A stretch of 64,000 nt of DNA from Chrysomallon squamiferum (lineage: Eukaryota; Animalia; Mollusca): positions 34,720,001 through 34,784,000 of the forward strand of contig CM022670.1 in NCBI GenBank assembly GCA_012295275.1, given 5' to 3'. The translations under genes and the position numbers were made by a program. A model generated the notes under the pieces. It had not been told where the DNA came from and made no database searches. It worked only from the letters and a program-made list of their open reading frames with translations. Positions 1-14,732 of the stretch are shown in pieces; the first letter of the stretch is position 1; every line of letters starts with the position of its first letter.

Positions 1-374
1 CACATATTACATACAACTAGTTTTTTAATACCAGTATATTAAAAAAAAAGAAAAAAAGGACAAATTACCATAGATTAAAAATTACTCCAAATAATTACAT
101 AGTGAATATTTAAAACGTGGGTATATTTCTCATTAAACACTAGTATATATGAAAATATTATAAAATGTTTTTGTTAAATTAAATCAAGCACATAGCATTG
201 GTTTAAAAAGTAAAAATATGAAAAAAACAGTAAATTTGGTTAATATACTTATATAAGTATTGCAGTTAATTATAATTATCCAAAAAATACAAGTAAAAGC
301 TTGATTAAGTAAGTTTCTCTTTAATTTTTTTTTTCTCCAAGATTTAAAGTACAGGGGAAGTAACTCCAACTAAC

Positions 375-451
375 CTGAATGCAGTCTAACAGAATGGGAG
401 CCATGTTATCAACTATACCAACATCTCTGAGAAACTGACTTAAAACACCAC
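375..451 (-). CDS. ABCC exon (TMD2, [26 protein letters not shown])
   Basis: ttgtag/gtt boundaries; homologous to the ABCC GRILNRFSKD..D motif; phase matches the previous exon. Confidence 0.85.
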
Positions 452-935
452 CTACAATATAAATATTTTAATATAATCAGTATTATTCTCTGTAAATTAA
501 CACTTAATTAATTTATTTTAACAGCAGTGTGAATAATGCAGAAAACATTTTACTTGTAACTGAAGGTGAAAGGAAAATACATAAATAGCTAATTATTATT
601 TTTTTATTTTTTTTTGTAAATAATTTATTATAAAAAAAGCATTATAAACTTAAATAAAAATAAAAATAAAAATAGAAATGAAATAAAATGAAATAAATCA
701 ATACAATAAAATAAAACAAAATAAAAAAAAATAAAATTATAAAGTAATAAAAAAAAAATAAATACAAAAAATAATAAATAAAATAAAATAAAATAAAGTA
801 AAATAAAATAAAACCAAAATAAAATAAAATAAAATAAAATAAAGAAAAATAAAATAAAACCAAAATAAAATAAAATTCAATAAAACAATAAATTAACAAA
901 TTATTAATCTAAAGAAAAGAAAAAAAAAAAAAAAG

Positions 936-979
<44 letters not shown>

Positions 980-2921
980 CTTCTAATGACATTTGGTACC
1001 TGGACTGTTGTTTTCAAAGAAAGACATTGGTGCTTCTAACAGTGTAGACAGTGCCAGTCTGTAGAGAACTGCTGATGCAGAATTTGCTATCCAGAAAAAG
1101 AGACCAGCCTGCAGAAAACCCACTAGAACAGTGAAGAACACAAGACCAAGATAAATGTAAACTTTGTTGTCCATGGCAACCTTGACAGAAGTTTCAAATG
1201 ATGTTGAGTTGATCATTTTGTCACCATTTATGTTTTGGAAGTTTTCTGACCTGAAATAATTATATAAATGTTTTTTCTCACAACTTAGATAATTTATTAG
1301 ATGTTAATAAGGTATAGAATAAATAAGTAAATAATATATATAAAGATAGATAGATAAATAGATAGATAGATAGGAAACAATGCATATTTTTCAATTAGCT
1401 TAAATTTTAAGATTTATTCTGTAATCCAAAATGGACAATTTTTTTAATGAATTTAAATGTTTAGCAATGGATTAAATGAAAAATAAATACTTCAAACAAC
1501 AACAGCCATGCAGTCCATGGCATTATTTTAACAGTGTTTGTATTTTAAATGTAAAACATAACCTATATGACTTCATAATAAAACAGAAATGGTTTTATGT
1601 GTTAATATACCTACCAATGTGCTAACCACCATTCACACAGAACAAATGAACCCTGAAAATAAATTTAACTCTGTGATTATTTTTTTCAAATTATTAAATT
1701 TGTTACACACATACATGCACAAAAATACAAACACACACATACTGAAACATGAACATTCATGAATATTTGTATTCATTATTTGTAATTTAATCATGCTTAT
1801 CTTATTTTGTATTAATCATTTGAAAATTTAAAAAAAAAGAAGAAATGATCTCCCTTCAGTTTTAAAAGTTATTCTATTTTTACTCATTTTAAAACAAGTT
1901 TCAAAAGTCTGTGGTACAGCTTAGGCTTTGATATTTACAATTTAATGTTATAATATTTACCTGTTCCAGTAAACACAGAATGATGAATCCTGTAACCCCA
2001 AGGAAACCGCCACCAAGTAAAAAATACCACTTGTAGGCGCTTCCGCTTGTAGATCTTCCATTGTGAAAACTCACATCACCTTCTCCACCCAGCATTAGAG
2101 GGTCTCCAGAATCCTTCATGGATAAACAAATAAATAATCAATCTTAAAAATAAAAATAATAATAATAACAAAAAATAAATTAAATAATATAAACAAAATA
2201 TATATATAAAAAAAACACCTCCACAAAATCCCTACATAAATAATGTAATATAAGGTAATGTATATTTAAAACATAAAACAAAAGCTTACATTGTATTGAA
2301 TCTAATTAATAACTTTTAAACATCCTTAGCAACAAAAGATGCAGTTATATGTTTTCACAATTATTTAGAAATTTTAAGAAATCATTAAAAAAAACAGAAG
2401 TACAAAAAAAATCTTTACTTTCTCACAAACATCAAAAGTCCAGCTTTAATAAATTAATAAACATTCAGTGTATGTTTACGTTTCAAATTTTTCATTTCAT
2501 AAATCATATACACAATAAACAAGTTTCACTTTTAAATCTCATTGTGAGATTCACTGATAATATTTCTTTCCTCAGAATATTAATTTCTAAACGACCTTCA
2601 CCTTCAGCTCAGCCTGCAGCATTTCAAAAGAGCCTGTGGTGCTTGTTTTCACAGAGTCTGGGGACTGGGGTGGAGTCGGCATTATGATGTTTGACAGTTC
2701 CTTTATTCGAGGGACAGTTATAGCGGTCATCTGCAGTGAGTCCAGCTGTCTGTTCGTCCGACTGGTCAGAAATAAGCTGGTGTTGATACCCACCATTTTG
2801 AGTTCATCATAGCTGCCACAGAAATTAATTCGTCCCTGAGAAATTGTGAAAAAAGAAAAAGAAAAATGTTGTTAGAGATTTCATGGTATGTTAGATTTTT
2901 TTTTATGAGAAGTGTGTTAGA

Positions 2922-2952
<31 letters not shown>

Positions 2953-4908
2953 TTGTTTTTGAGTGAATAAATAATTGAAGTGATTAGATCATTAATTAAC
3001 TGAATAAAAATACATAAATAAATAAATAAATAAATAAATAAAAATAACAGAAAGAAGAAATAGAAAGGAAACACTAATATAATAGCAATTTAATATAAAT
3101 GTATTCCTTATTAATTCATTAATTTCTCAGTAGTTGTTGTTGCTGTTGTTGCTATTATTTTATTAAATATTATTGTTCTAACAATTATTGCAAAGGTTAC
3201 TGTTAGAATTATTGTTACTACTACTACTACTACTACTGCTGCTGCTGCTACTATTATTATTATTATTATCATCATCATCATCAATACTGTTGTTTTTGTA
3301 ATAATTATTTTTTTAAATAACCTTTGTTATTATTATTAAAGTTACTTAATTCTGTAATTTTTGATAACATTTACAATACAAATTTAACAATAACGTAACA
3401 AAATTTGAATAGAATCATTTATTCTAATGTTCATGATTTTTAGTAATGCAGTAATATACAAACTGCTTTAAAATGTACTGTTTTATATGATGAAATATAT
3501 ATGTAAAACAATACCTGAGATACTACAATCACTTGGTCAGACACTTCTGCATGGTAAACATTGTCTGTTATCAGCAGTCGAGTCTTGGACAACAACAAAC
3601 CACAAATACATCTGCAAAATAATGTTTGATAATTAAAATCTATTTCTGACATTTTCTAATATAATCAAATATTTTCACATACCACTATGTAGCTGTGATG
3701 CTAAAAACCATACACATGCAATATAAAAATATGGTAGTACACTTTCAGTAAATGTTTTTCTTTTCTTTTTTCACGGTTCTATACTTTGCTAATATTAAAG
3801 GAAACATGTTGTCACATGTAATTGTTGGCTTATTTTTATAAATACCAATTTAAAAAAGAAGACGAAATTTTTTTATTTTTTATTTTTTTTTATTTATTCA
3901 TGTCAAACAGAAAAAGAAATCAGCAATAATGTTTAAAAAAAATAAAAATTATTTAATATTGGAAAATAGTGGAATGAATAATTCTCACTTTCTGAAGATA
4001 TGCATGGCTGATTTGCTGTCCATTCCACTGAGAATGTCATCAATCAGATAAATATCTGCATTCTGGTACACAGCCCTGTAAAACACACACAAATGAAATC
4101 AATTTATCTTAAACATGAAACAAACCTTTTTAAATTATCAGAATTTTGTTTCCTGTAACATTTTCCATTACTACAGATTTCTGTCAATGTAAATAATAAT
4201 TATAATGTGAATTATATTTAGTTCATGTTACTGTTATTTTATTATATATATAAGGTAAAATGCTTGAACATTTTTGTACAACAATTTAATATATTGTATA
4301 GAGGACATATTTTGAATATTTGCAAATCATTCTGTTTTATTTATTTCTGGTAAAATACTGAAATGATTAAAATATGACAATAAAATAAGTAGTTCATAAT
4401 TCTATTAATTTACATAATATACGTTAGGTATTTAAAAATATAATCTGGTTAGATAAGAAGTCAACATTTAATGTCATTCACAGGATAAGAAAAGAGTTTA
4501 CTGAAAGTTATATTCACCTGGCCAGTGTAATTTTGGCTTGAATGGTGTTGTCAATGCTGACACCTCTGTCACCTACAACAGTTATGTCCCCTTGAGGAAA
4601 TGCATCAATCACCTGAAGGAAAAAAATTAAAAATAAACAATAACAGTAATAATAAATATCTATTACAAAATTAATTAAAATAATAATATAAATATTAACT
4701 GAATTACAAACCTGAACAATGGTAATACAATACTGATTTTGACAAACGTAAAATTAATTTATATATGTTTAAAAAAAAATCATTTACACACATATATTAA
4801 TTAGATTTAGTGCTAGTAAAATATTTTTTTCTATTAAAAAATGTAATGTGAATAACATACTTTAATTTGATAAAAAAAAAAAGAAGATAACAACAATGAA
4901 TTATTAGT

Positions 4909-4960
<52 letters not shown>

Positions 4961-7676
4961 TAGGATCATTCCACCTCAGAGATATGAAATGGAAAAGATT
5001 AAAACTGCTAATTATCAAAAATGCAGTATGAAAATATCCAAAAAGATTGACATTAAAACTGACATTAAAACTGCATTAAGAAACAGATTTCAACAAAGAA
5101 TTGGGTATTAAAAACAAAGCACTGAACGTTTTAACATACACACACATACCTGAGACAGTGCACAAGCTTGTAAAACCTGGTTGTACCGATGTCGCACAAA
5201 CTCAGCACCGAAGACGATGTTCTCGCGAATAGACCCGGGAAAGAGCCAGGGCTGACACGGAATGTAGGCCAGTCGGCCGTGGTGAAACAGCTGACCCTTG
5301 TGTCTTTCAAGTTCACCAATCACAGCTAAAGGAAGACAACTCTAAAATGAAAGACAACTCTTAATAAAATATGTCTAAATTAATTAATAAAAACAATACC
5401 AAAACAGCTAAAATAATTATACTGAAATAGATTTTTATTTGTATATGTATTTTGTATCTCTGTGTGTGTGTGTGTGTTTATGTGTGTGTGTGTGTTTATG
5501 TGTGTTTATGTATGTGTGTATGTGTGTGTAAACATAAATTTGCTAGAACTTTTTGTCACCTTGCCATCATCAGGAGGTCCTATTACTGCATATAATTTTG
5601 TCTGCAAATAAAAAAAAGACAATATTATTTTCTATGAACTAAAACATTGTATTCATGTTTCTTTGATACTATAAATTTTGACAAACAATTCTTTTTAAAT
5701 ATAAATATTTAGAAATTAAAAACAACAACATCAACAGTAAATGTCATATAATAAACAGAAAGAAATATATATATATATATATTTTTTTTACCTTTTCCAC
5801 ATCAAGATCTAAATTCACTAATGCTACAGGTGCATCCAAACTCTGAAAAAAAAAAAAATCAAACATAAAACATTAACAGTTTTGTTACTTTAAATGCAAA
5901 TCTCAAGTTATTTTCCCCAAACAAACAAAATGGTGAAAAGTATTACACTATAAAGAATCCTGAAAGGACCATATTTAACTGTTATCATCTCTTTCTCTGT
6001 TTCTCTATTCATACTTTTATGTTTTACCTTTTCTCTACTGGCAAAGAAGCCAGAGAATTTTATTGCTAAATTTCCTTGAAGTTCTTGAAGTCCAGAACGA
6101 CATAAAGACAATGACCCTTTTTCATCCATTAACAGAAATTCCTAAAAAAAAAAAAAATAAATAAACAAACAAATAAATAAATGTAAATACTGAAAAAATA
6201 AAATAAAAATAAAAAACAAAAAAACAAAACAAATAGGTAATGTCTATTTTAATTTTTTTTTTTTCATGTAACTGTCATTTAATATTTTGATTAATATTTT
6301 TTAATTATTTATATTTCTTTAGTTTACTGTCACAATTAATTTTCTTTAATCTTTATAAAAAATATTTACTGTCTTGTATTGTTTTCAGTGTTTATGATTT
6401 TTAAATTTTATTTCAAAATAAATTAAAAAACAGGCTGAAAATATCTTCTTAAAATGTTACTTGTATTTTCCTCAGTATGTTGAGAGCATCAGTGAAAAAG
6501 AGTAACCCGGAAGGCATGAGGATGCTAATGCTGATTCTGAGGGCCTCAAAGAGAGCCATGGATGTGAAGATCTGCATGGAGGACACAGACCTTCCCATCA
6601 CAAGAACCAGCATGAAGGTGACAAACATCACCAACTTTCCAGCTGTCAACGTCAACGCACTGTTGAAACTTAGCAGACGTGACAGCTTCTTCATATGGAC
6701 AATTTCCTCACTGTGTGAATAATAATAATAATCATAACAATAATGATGATGATGATGATTTTGATTATAATGATAATGATGATGATAATAATAATAATGA
6801 TGATGATGGTGATGATGATGATGATAAAAATAATAAATAACAATAATAATAACAATAATAATAATAAAATAATAATATTATACTAATAAAAAAATATGCT
6901 AATAAACTAAAAATATTTTTGAAAAATAATGATGATGATAATGATGATAATATAATGATAATGATAAAAAACACAATAAATTAACAGTGATACCATATCA
7001 ATAATGATGATGATAATTTTGATTTTAATGATGATGATGATGATAATAAATAAAAAAAATAGTAATAAACAAATAACAATAAATATACTAATAATCTATA
7101 AATATTTTTGAAAAATAATAATGTATGATGATGATGATAATATAAGATAAGGATAAAAGACCCAATAAATTAACAAAAATGTTTATAAACTAACAATAAT
7201 AATACAGTAACAATAATGATGATGATAACAATAATAATAATAAAAAAAAAAATAGTATTAAACTAATAACAATAAAGATACTAATAACCTAGAAACATTT
7301 TTGACAAAACAATGATAATAAATTTTAAAGGTATTAATTAAGACACGTTCGTTAATTAAACTCCAAAAGTTTTACTTCTGCGATATTTTAATTATTTCAG
7401 AAAATGAGTTAGTATGAACAAGATGTAAATGAAAATAGTACCAGAAGCAGAATTAGTAAATTATATTAGCAAGAAAGGGAGATCACTGATAATGAAGGAT
7501 AACAGATGTATTGATGATAACAAAACACCTACTCTCTGGCTGTGTTGAGGATCTTCTCTGAGAAATTTTCCCAGCATCCCATTTTCACTTCTGTAATTCC
7601 TCCAATAATTAGCTGCAACTTACGTAATCGCTGACTTGTAAAAACATCAAGTTTCTGTCTGTTAAACAGAAAGATG

Positions 7677-7716
<40 letters not shown>

Positions 7717-8550
7717 CAATAACAACAATAATAATAATAATAATAATTCATAATAACAAAAACAATAACAAGTAGTACAACAGTAATAATAACAAAAACA
7801 ATAATATTAACAATAATAATAATAGTAATAATAACAAAAACAACAACAACAGCACAGCGGCAACAATACAAACAACAATAGTAATGATAATAATAAAAAT
7901 AATAATAACAATAATAATAACAATAATAATAATAATGACAATAATAATAATAGTAGTAGTAATAGCAAAAGCAATAATTGCAACAATAATAATACTACAC
8001 CAACAGTAATTATAATAAAAACAGTAATAAAAATAATAATAATAATAATAGCAACAACAATAAAACATTTTTAAAAAAAGAGTTAATTTCATTTAACACA
8101 AATAAACAATACAACATTCTATTTAAAATACAAAGGTGTTGAAAGAATCATACTTGCTTAATTTAACAAAAACAGAAAATTAATAACAGTATGAAAATAA
8201 GATAATTTATATATATCCTATTCTAACTCATACCTAACTTAAAAATTAGTTTATAATTCTGTTTTCAAAGGAAAAAAAAGTCTTCTATTACAGTTTATTT
8301 TACATTAAAAGTGTTAAATATACAAATTCAGACCTTAAAATCCTGGACAGTTTTCCCATGAGAATTTGCAAAGGGAACAAAAGAAATAACACAAATATTC
8401 CTGCTAAACAGACAGGTCCAAGTGTTAGCCAATCCCAGAGCAGGTAACAAACAACCACAAGCTGAATTGGGCCAATCACAATGTACGTTGCTGGCAGCAC
8501 TACCTAAAACAGAAATATTTATTTGAAAGTTCAGCTGTATTTTTTGAAAT

Positions 8551-8581
<31 letters not shown>

Positions 8582-11500
8582 TTTTTCTGTTAATTTGTCT
8601 CTTTGCATTGCTATTTAAAAGAACATAAAAAAAAAAAAAAATGAAATTATTGTTTCTTCAGTTTAAATATAATTATACTGGTTTTTATAAAATTAATCAT
8701 TAAAAAAAAAAGAAAAAAAAAGAAAAGAAAAAGAACTGAGAAAATACATACTGAGAAAAAGATGTAAATTCATAAAACTGTTTTTACAGAACAACAGAAT
8801 GGCAGAATTATTGTATAAAAAAAAAAAGAAAAAAAAGGAGAAAGAAATGAAAATTAATTCTTTTACTATTCAAGAATTTAAAAAAAATCTGTCAACTCCC
8901 ACTCTCCGAAAAAAGAAAAGAAAACAAAAAATTAAAACAACAACAATAAAATAATAGTAATAAAAAAAATGGATATATGGTGATATATTCAAAGGTTCTA
9001 CCATTGGAAAGACATCCATTTCTCTTGTAACTAAGTTAATAATGTCCTCCATTACTTTTGGTGTCAACACAGAGTAAGACAGTCTCATCACCTGAATAAA
9101 AGGTGAAAATACAAATGTATTAAAAAAATATATCTATCTATCTATCTAGTCATTTGTTGTTGTTTTTTTTGTTGTTTTTTTTATGAATTTAAGGGGAGGC
9201 AAATCTGTATGTAATATGTTAAAGAAGTAAATTATTATTCTGGATTAATCTAATTTTAATGTAAAATATATAAAGCTGTTTGAGAAAATGTCTCTCATTT
9301 ATAGTTTTAGCATAAAAAGTTACAGCTATAGAACTGAATCAACATATCAATTACCTGGAAAAACCTGAAATTTCAAAAATATATGCTAATTTTGATTTAT
9401 TTTCTTAAATTCTATAAAAACAACAACAATAATGAAATTAATAATAATAGTAAAAACAACTACAACAGCAGTAATAATAATAATAATTATTAAAACAACA
9501 CATAGCAGTTAACTGATTTTATTTTTAGTTCTTATTTAAATATATATTTTACATAAATAAAATAAAATTCTTTAATATTTTATGTATCTGATTCGCACCT
9601 TTCTGTAGATAAGAGAGGTTGTTGCCACTCGTACCCTGTAACCATGGTGAAAGAAGTTGTGATCAAGGAAAATGTTGATGAGGAACACAACGCAGATGAG
9701 AGCTGCGAAGATGTAGACTTGGGGAAATCTGACACTGGCAGTCTCGTCCTGGTTGAACATGTTGATAAAATAACCCATCAGAACAGCCTGCACAACCCTC
9801 AGAGTCTCCTGGAAAAGTAAAAATTAGAAATATAAACACCACCAACAAAAATAATTAAAAAATAAATGAAAAACAAATGTATAAAATTCAACAAGACTAA
9901 TGCACCACTGTTAAAAAAAAAAAAATATAAAAAAAAATACAACAAACAAATCAAAAAATAGAAATAAATATTAATAATAATAATAAACACAACAAGAAAA
10001 ACAAAAATAACAACACACAACCACCACCACCACCATCACCAACAACAGCAACAAAAACAACAATAGCAATGTCAACAACAACAGCAACACCAACATCAAT
10101 AACATCATTATCAACAGCACCTTCACAACAACAACAACAGCAGCAATAATAACAGAGAAACAACAGCAGTACCTCGACTAAAACCAGCAGAGTGAAGGAA
10201 AGTATCTGGTTTCTGTAACATCTCCAGACGGCTCTCAGCAAGCTGGGTTTCCCTCCTGTCTTCCAGCAGTACAGTTCTTTCTCCCACTCCCTGCAACAGC
10301 AGAACAGCATCACAATCAACTCTCAAAACAGCTGAGAGAAGCGTATTAACTGTTTAATTATAGATTTATAAATTGTAAATGGAATTATTCTAGTGGTAGA
10401 TATGAATGTCTATAAATGTCGTTCTTGAGATTTTTGTTATTATTATTATTATTTTTAATTATAACTATTATTGCTATTAATATTATTACTGTTGTTGTTG
10501 TTATTATTATTAATATTATTGTTGTTGTACTATTATCATTAAAATTATAAAGTTACTCTTATTGTCTTTGCTGTTTTTGTTATGATTATGATGATAGTGA
10601 TTATTATTATTATTATTATTATCATTATTATTATTATTATTATTAAATTAAACAATACTGATGATAAAGGAATTAACAAACTTATAACATCACCAGCAAT
10701 AACAATAATAATAATAAGAAGAAGAAGACAACGAAGATGAAGAAAAAGAAGAAGAAGATGATACCTTCCAAGATTGTTGGAGAGTTTAACAGTAGAATCC
10801 TGTGGCAGTACATCGTACACATCAGCTTCATCCAGTGTGTAGTGATAGCCTTTCCAGAATATTCTACCAGTCCACCTGTAACATATACTTTACATTTACA
10901 CAACATTTACACAACATATACACAACATATACTTTATATCTTCATTAATATCCAGAATATTCTACAAGTCCACCTGTAACGTATACATAACATATACACA
11001 ACATATACACAACATATACTTTATATCTTCATTAATATCCAGAATATTCTACAAGTCCACCTGTAACATATACTTTACATTTACACAACATATACACAAC
11101 ATATACTTTATATCTTTATTAATATCCAGAATATTCTACCAGTCCACCTGTAACATGTACACAACATTTACACAACATATACTTTATATCTTCATTAATA
11201 TCCAGAATATTCTACCAGTCCACCTGTAACATATACTTTACATTTACACAACATATACACAACATATACTTTACATTTATACCACATATACACAACATAT
11301 ACTTTACATTTATACAACACATAAACATAGCATATATACTTTATATCGTCATTAATATCCAGAATATTCTGACAATTCACCTGTAAAATAACTTTTACAT
11401 TAAAACAACATACACACATAACATATACTTTACATTTATATAACACTTACACAACATACACACAACATATATTTGATGTTTTTATTAATATCCTGAATAC

Positions 11501-12846
11501 TTCACATTTACATAACATACTTAAAAAACATGTATTAAAAACAAAACCATACACTCTCCATTACCAACAGAGTCAAGATATTCTAAATAATAAACTTTTT
11601 ATTTCATCATGTTTCAATTTCGTTTTCATCGCATTCAGAACATTTTATCAGCCATGAGTTAAATACACTTTAAATTTATGTAACAGATGCTTTTTCTTTT
11701 AATTATTATGAAATGTGTTTCTACTCATTATATATTTTAATTTCATTATTAGAAAATTCCACCAGAGCATTTTGTAAAACATACATGATATTTCTACATT
11801 GATATTTATCAATATCCAAAAATCATTGCTTTCATGGATACAAATATTTAGTAGTTTAGAAATAAAAATTGAGAGAAATTATTAAGACTATTATGTAATT
11901 TTTCTTGTTAATTATATGAAATGTAATATATTTTATGTGTTGTTGTTGTTTTGTATTGAGTGATGTATTTTACTTTACTAAAAGCAAATAATTTTTTTTA
12001 TCAAATGCATTTTTAAATTGTTTATTTTACTAATATAGTTGTTCATAAGTGAATACAAAGGGTGAAAAATCAAAATACAAACAAATACATAAAAAAAATA
12101 CTTGTTAAAAAATTAGAAAACTAAATATAATAAAAAAACAAAAATACAATTAAAAATAATAATAATAATAATTAAAAAACAAACAATAAAACACAAAACA
12201 AACAGGGAAAGAAGATAATAAAATGAAAAACCCTTCTTTTTCAATCATTTATTATACACATGTGGATCTCCGTTTTACAAAATCATTTATGACGACAAAC
12301 AGAAGTCATAATGCTAGAGAAAAACTCGATCAAATTCACAATATCTTTTCATCAAAACAGTTTAAACCCTTGAGAACAAGGTTAAAGAGTCAATGAAGCA
12401 TATTAATGATAATATAAACTGTTATTAACTCCTCTTTACTGCTGGCAAGACTGTACAAGTTGTCAATGCATGAATGGCTTTTAGTAAATATTAACTGAGA
12501 GAAAAGCAGGCGACTTCATTTTTTTTTTTTTGTTAATAAAAGAAATTCAGATAAGTATCGGGAAACATGTGAATAATTGTGATAAATATGTAAAAGGTTT
12601 CTTTTCTTTTCCTTTTTTCTTTTTTTTCTTTTTTTCTTCTTCTTTTTTTTTTTTTTTTTGATGTTCAGTGAAGGTAGACTTATAGGTTGATAAGAATTGT
12701 ATTGGAACAAAAATGTTTTAATTGATGTTGTGAATAGTTTGTCGAAGACAAACATTAATATATGAAATTGTGAATATGTTAATATATAGTCAGTAGACAT
12801 GGATAAAAATGTTAGTGTTCTTGATGATCTTTGAATAATAATAATA

Positions 12847-12884
<38 letters not shown>

Positions 12885-13878
12885 AATAAATAGACAAAAT
12901 CTGAAATGCTATGAAATAAAAGATAAAATATTTATAGTAATGATATTGGTGATAATAGCATTAATACATTCTAATGATGATGATAATAATAATAGTAATA
13001 ATAATAATGATAATAATAATAATAAAAATGATGAAGTAATATAATAAACAGATACAATAAAACATTGAAACTAACGTATCCTCTTAAACAAAAAAACATC
13101 TGCACAATGATGTGCACTCTCTGACTCAGACAAACGCACTAAATAAATACTTTACTAATGAGACAAACACAACCATCATTAACAAAACAAAAACATTAAA
13201 AAAAACAAAAAAACAAAAAAAAACAAGAAAAAAAAAACAGGAAACAAATATCTCAGCATTCAGGTATGCAATGATGTAAAACTATCATTAACAAAAAAAA
13301 AAAAAAAAATGAGAAAAAAAAGAAGCAACAAAACAACACTTGAACAACAAAGAACTCTCTCTAATTAGCCTAAACAGTCTGCATCCAGGTATTTAGAGAT
13401 GTAAAACAAACCAAAAAACCCCCCAAACAAACAACAAAAACCCCACAAAAAAAAAAATCCCCAACGACCGAACAACAAATAACTGTTCCTAATTGGCCTA
13501 AACACTCGGCATCCAGGTACGCAGTGATGTAAGAACATTCCTGCTGTGTTATAATCAGGTAACGAATGCAGCGAGGTGCACACCTGTGCTCTGCACTTGA
13601 ACTGCAGGTACAAATGGAGGTGTTTGCCATTTTATGACAAACTCACACATCCCGAGTTTACCTGCCAAGTTAAATTTAAAGAGCACTTAGGACAGAGCAA
13701 ATTGCAGGGATCATGCAGTCATCTAAGGTCTCAGCCCTTGGAACACAGTCAGTGCAGGATATCTTCACCACAGCCAAACATACCAGCATGTGTCACCAGC
13801 AACACCTAGTTAAACTGATGAATACTGCATAGGGAGAACAAAAGTGACAGTGTGACAGACACAGAGAGAGACAGATAA

Positions 13879-13942
<64 letters not shown>

Positions 13943-14202
13943 ATATTTATTAACAATTATCATCATCATTTAAATAAAGATTATATGCAGTGAACTACTG
14001 GTATGCTTATATAAACAGATGTGTTGCTAGGTATCATGTTTTTAAAAAAGATAATTAAACTGCATTATTAATTTTATTTTCTAAATAATATATTTTTCCC
14101 CCCATTCTAGTAGTCAGAGCATAATAAATAAAAGATTATGTTTTTTTTATTAAAAATTAATTTAATTTTTACTTTGTATTAGTATTATTTATTTATTTAT
14201 CA

Positions 14203-14241
<39 letters not shown>

Positions 14242-14645
14242 TTTTTTATTTTTTTTTAATAATACAAATACACTCTTTGTTTATATTGCAGGCAATTCCA
14301 CAGAGATTCTTCTGATCCACTCCATCTTAAAAAATATCCATTACTGGATTACTGGCTTTTCTATAAACTCATTTTGGAATCTTTTATCTCTGGATTCTGT
14401 TTCTAAAATATCAAAAGTCTTAAACTGCATCAGTTTTTATTCCTTTGTGTTCATGTGAACCCAGACAGAAAGAAAGAATAAATGAATGAAAATATGTTTA
14501 TCTGTCTGGCTAAAATAAAAAACGATCATTAGTGCATTTAAGCTGTGTGTATGTTTGTGTGTGTGTGTGTTTGTGTGTGTGTGTATGTGTGTGTGTGTTG
14601 TGTCTGTGTGTGTGTGTGTATGGGTGTGTGTGTGTTGTGTCTGTG

Positions 14646-14732
<87 letters not shown>

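Noticed and set aside
10853-11400. CRISPR-like appearance of a conserved ~30-nt repeat with variable spacing
   Set aside because: The intervening sequences are homologous to each other, the repeat is a splice junction copy, the context is eukaryotic and there are no cas genes
11564-11660. Nearer candidate for the first coding exon of the ABCC gene (TTG|GTAATG donor)
   Set aside because: The frame needed for a phase-2 join has an in-frame TGA just upstream
14280-14402. Exon-like block with an acceptor on the minus strand
   Set aside because: Stops in all three frames and no ABC homology
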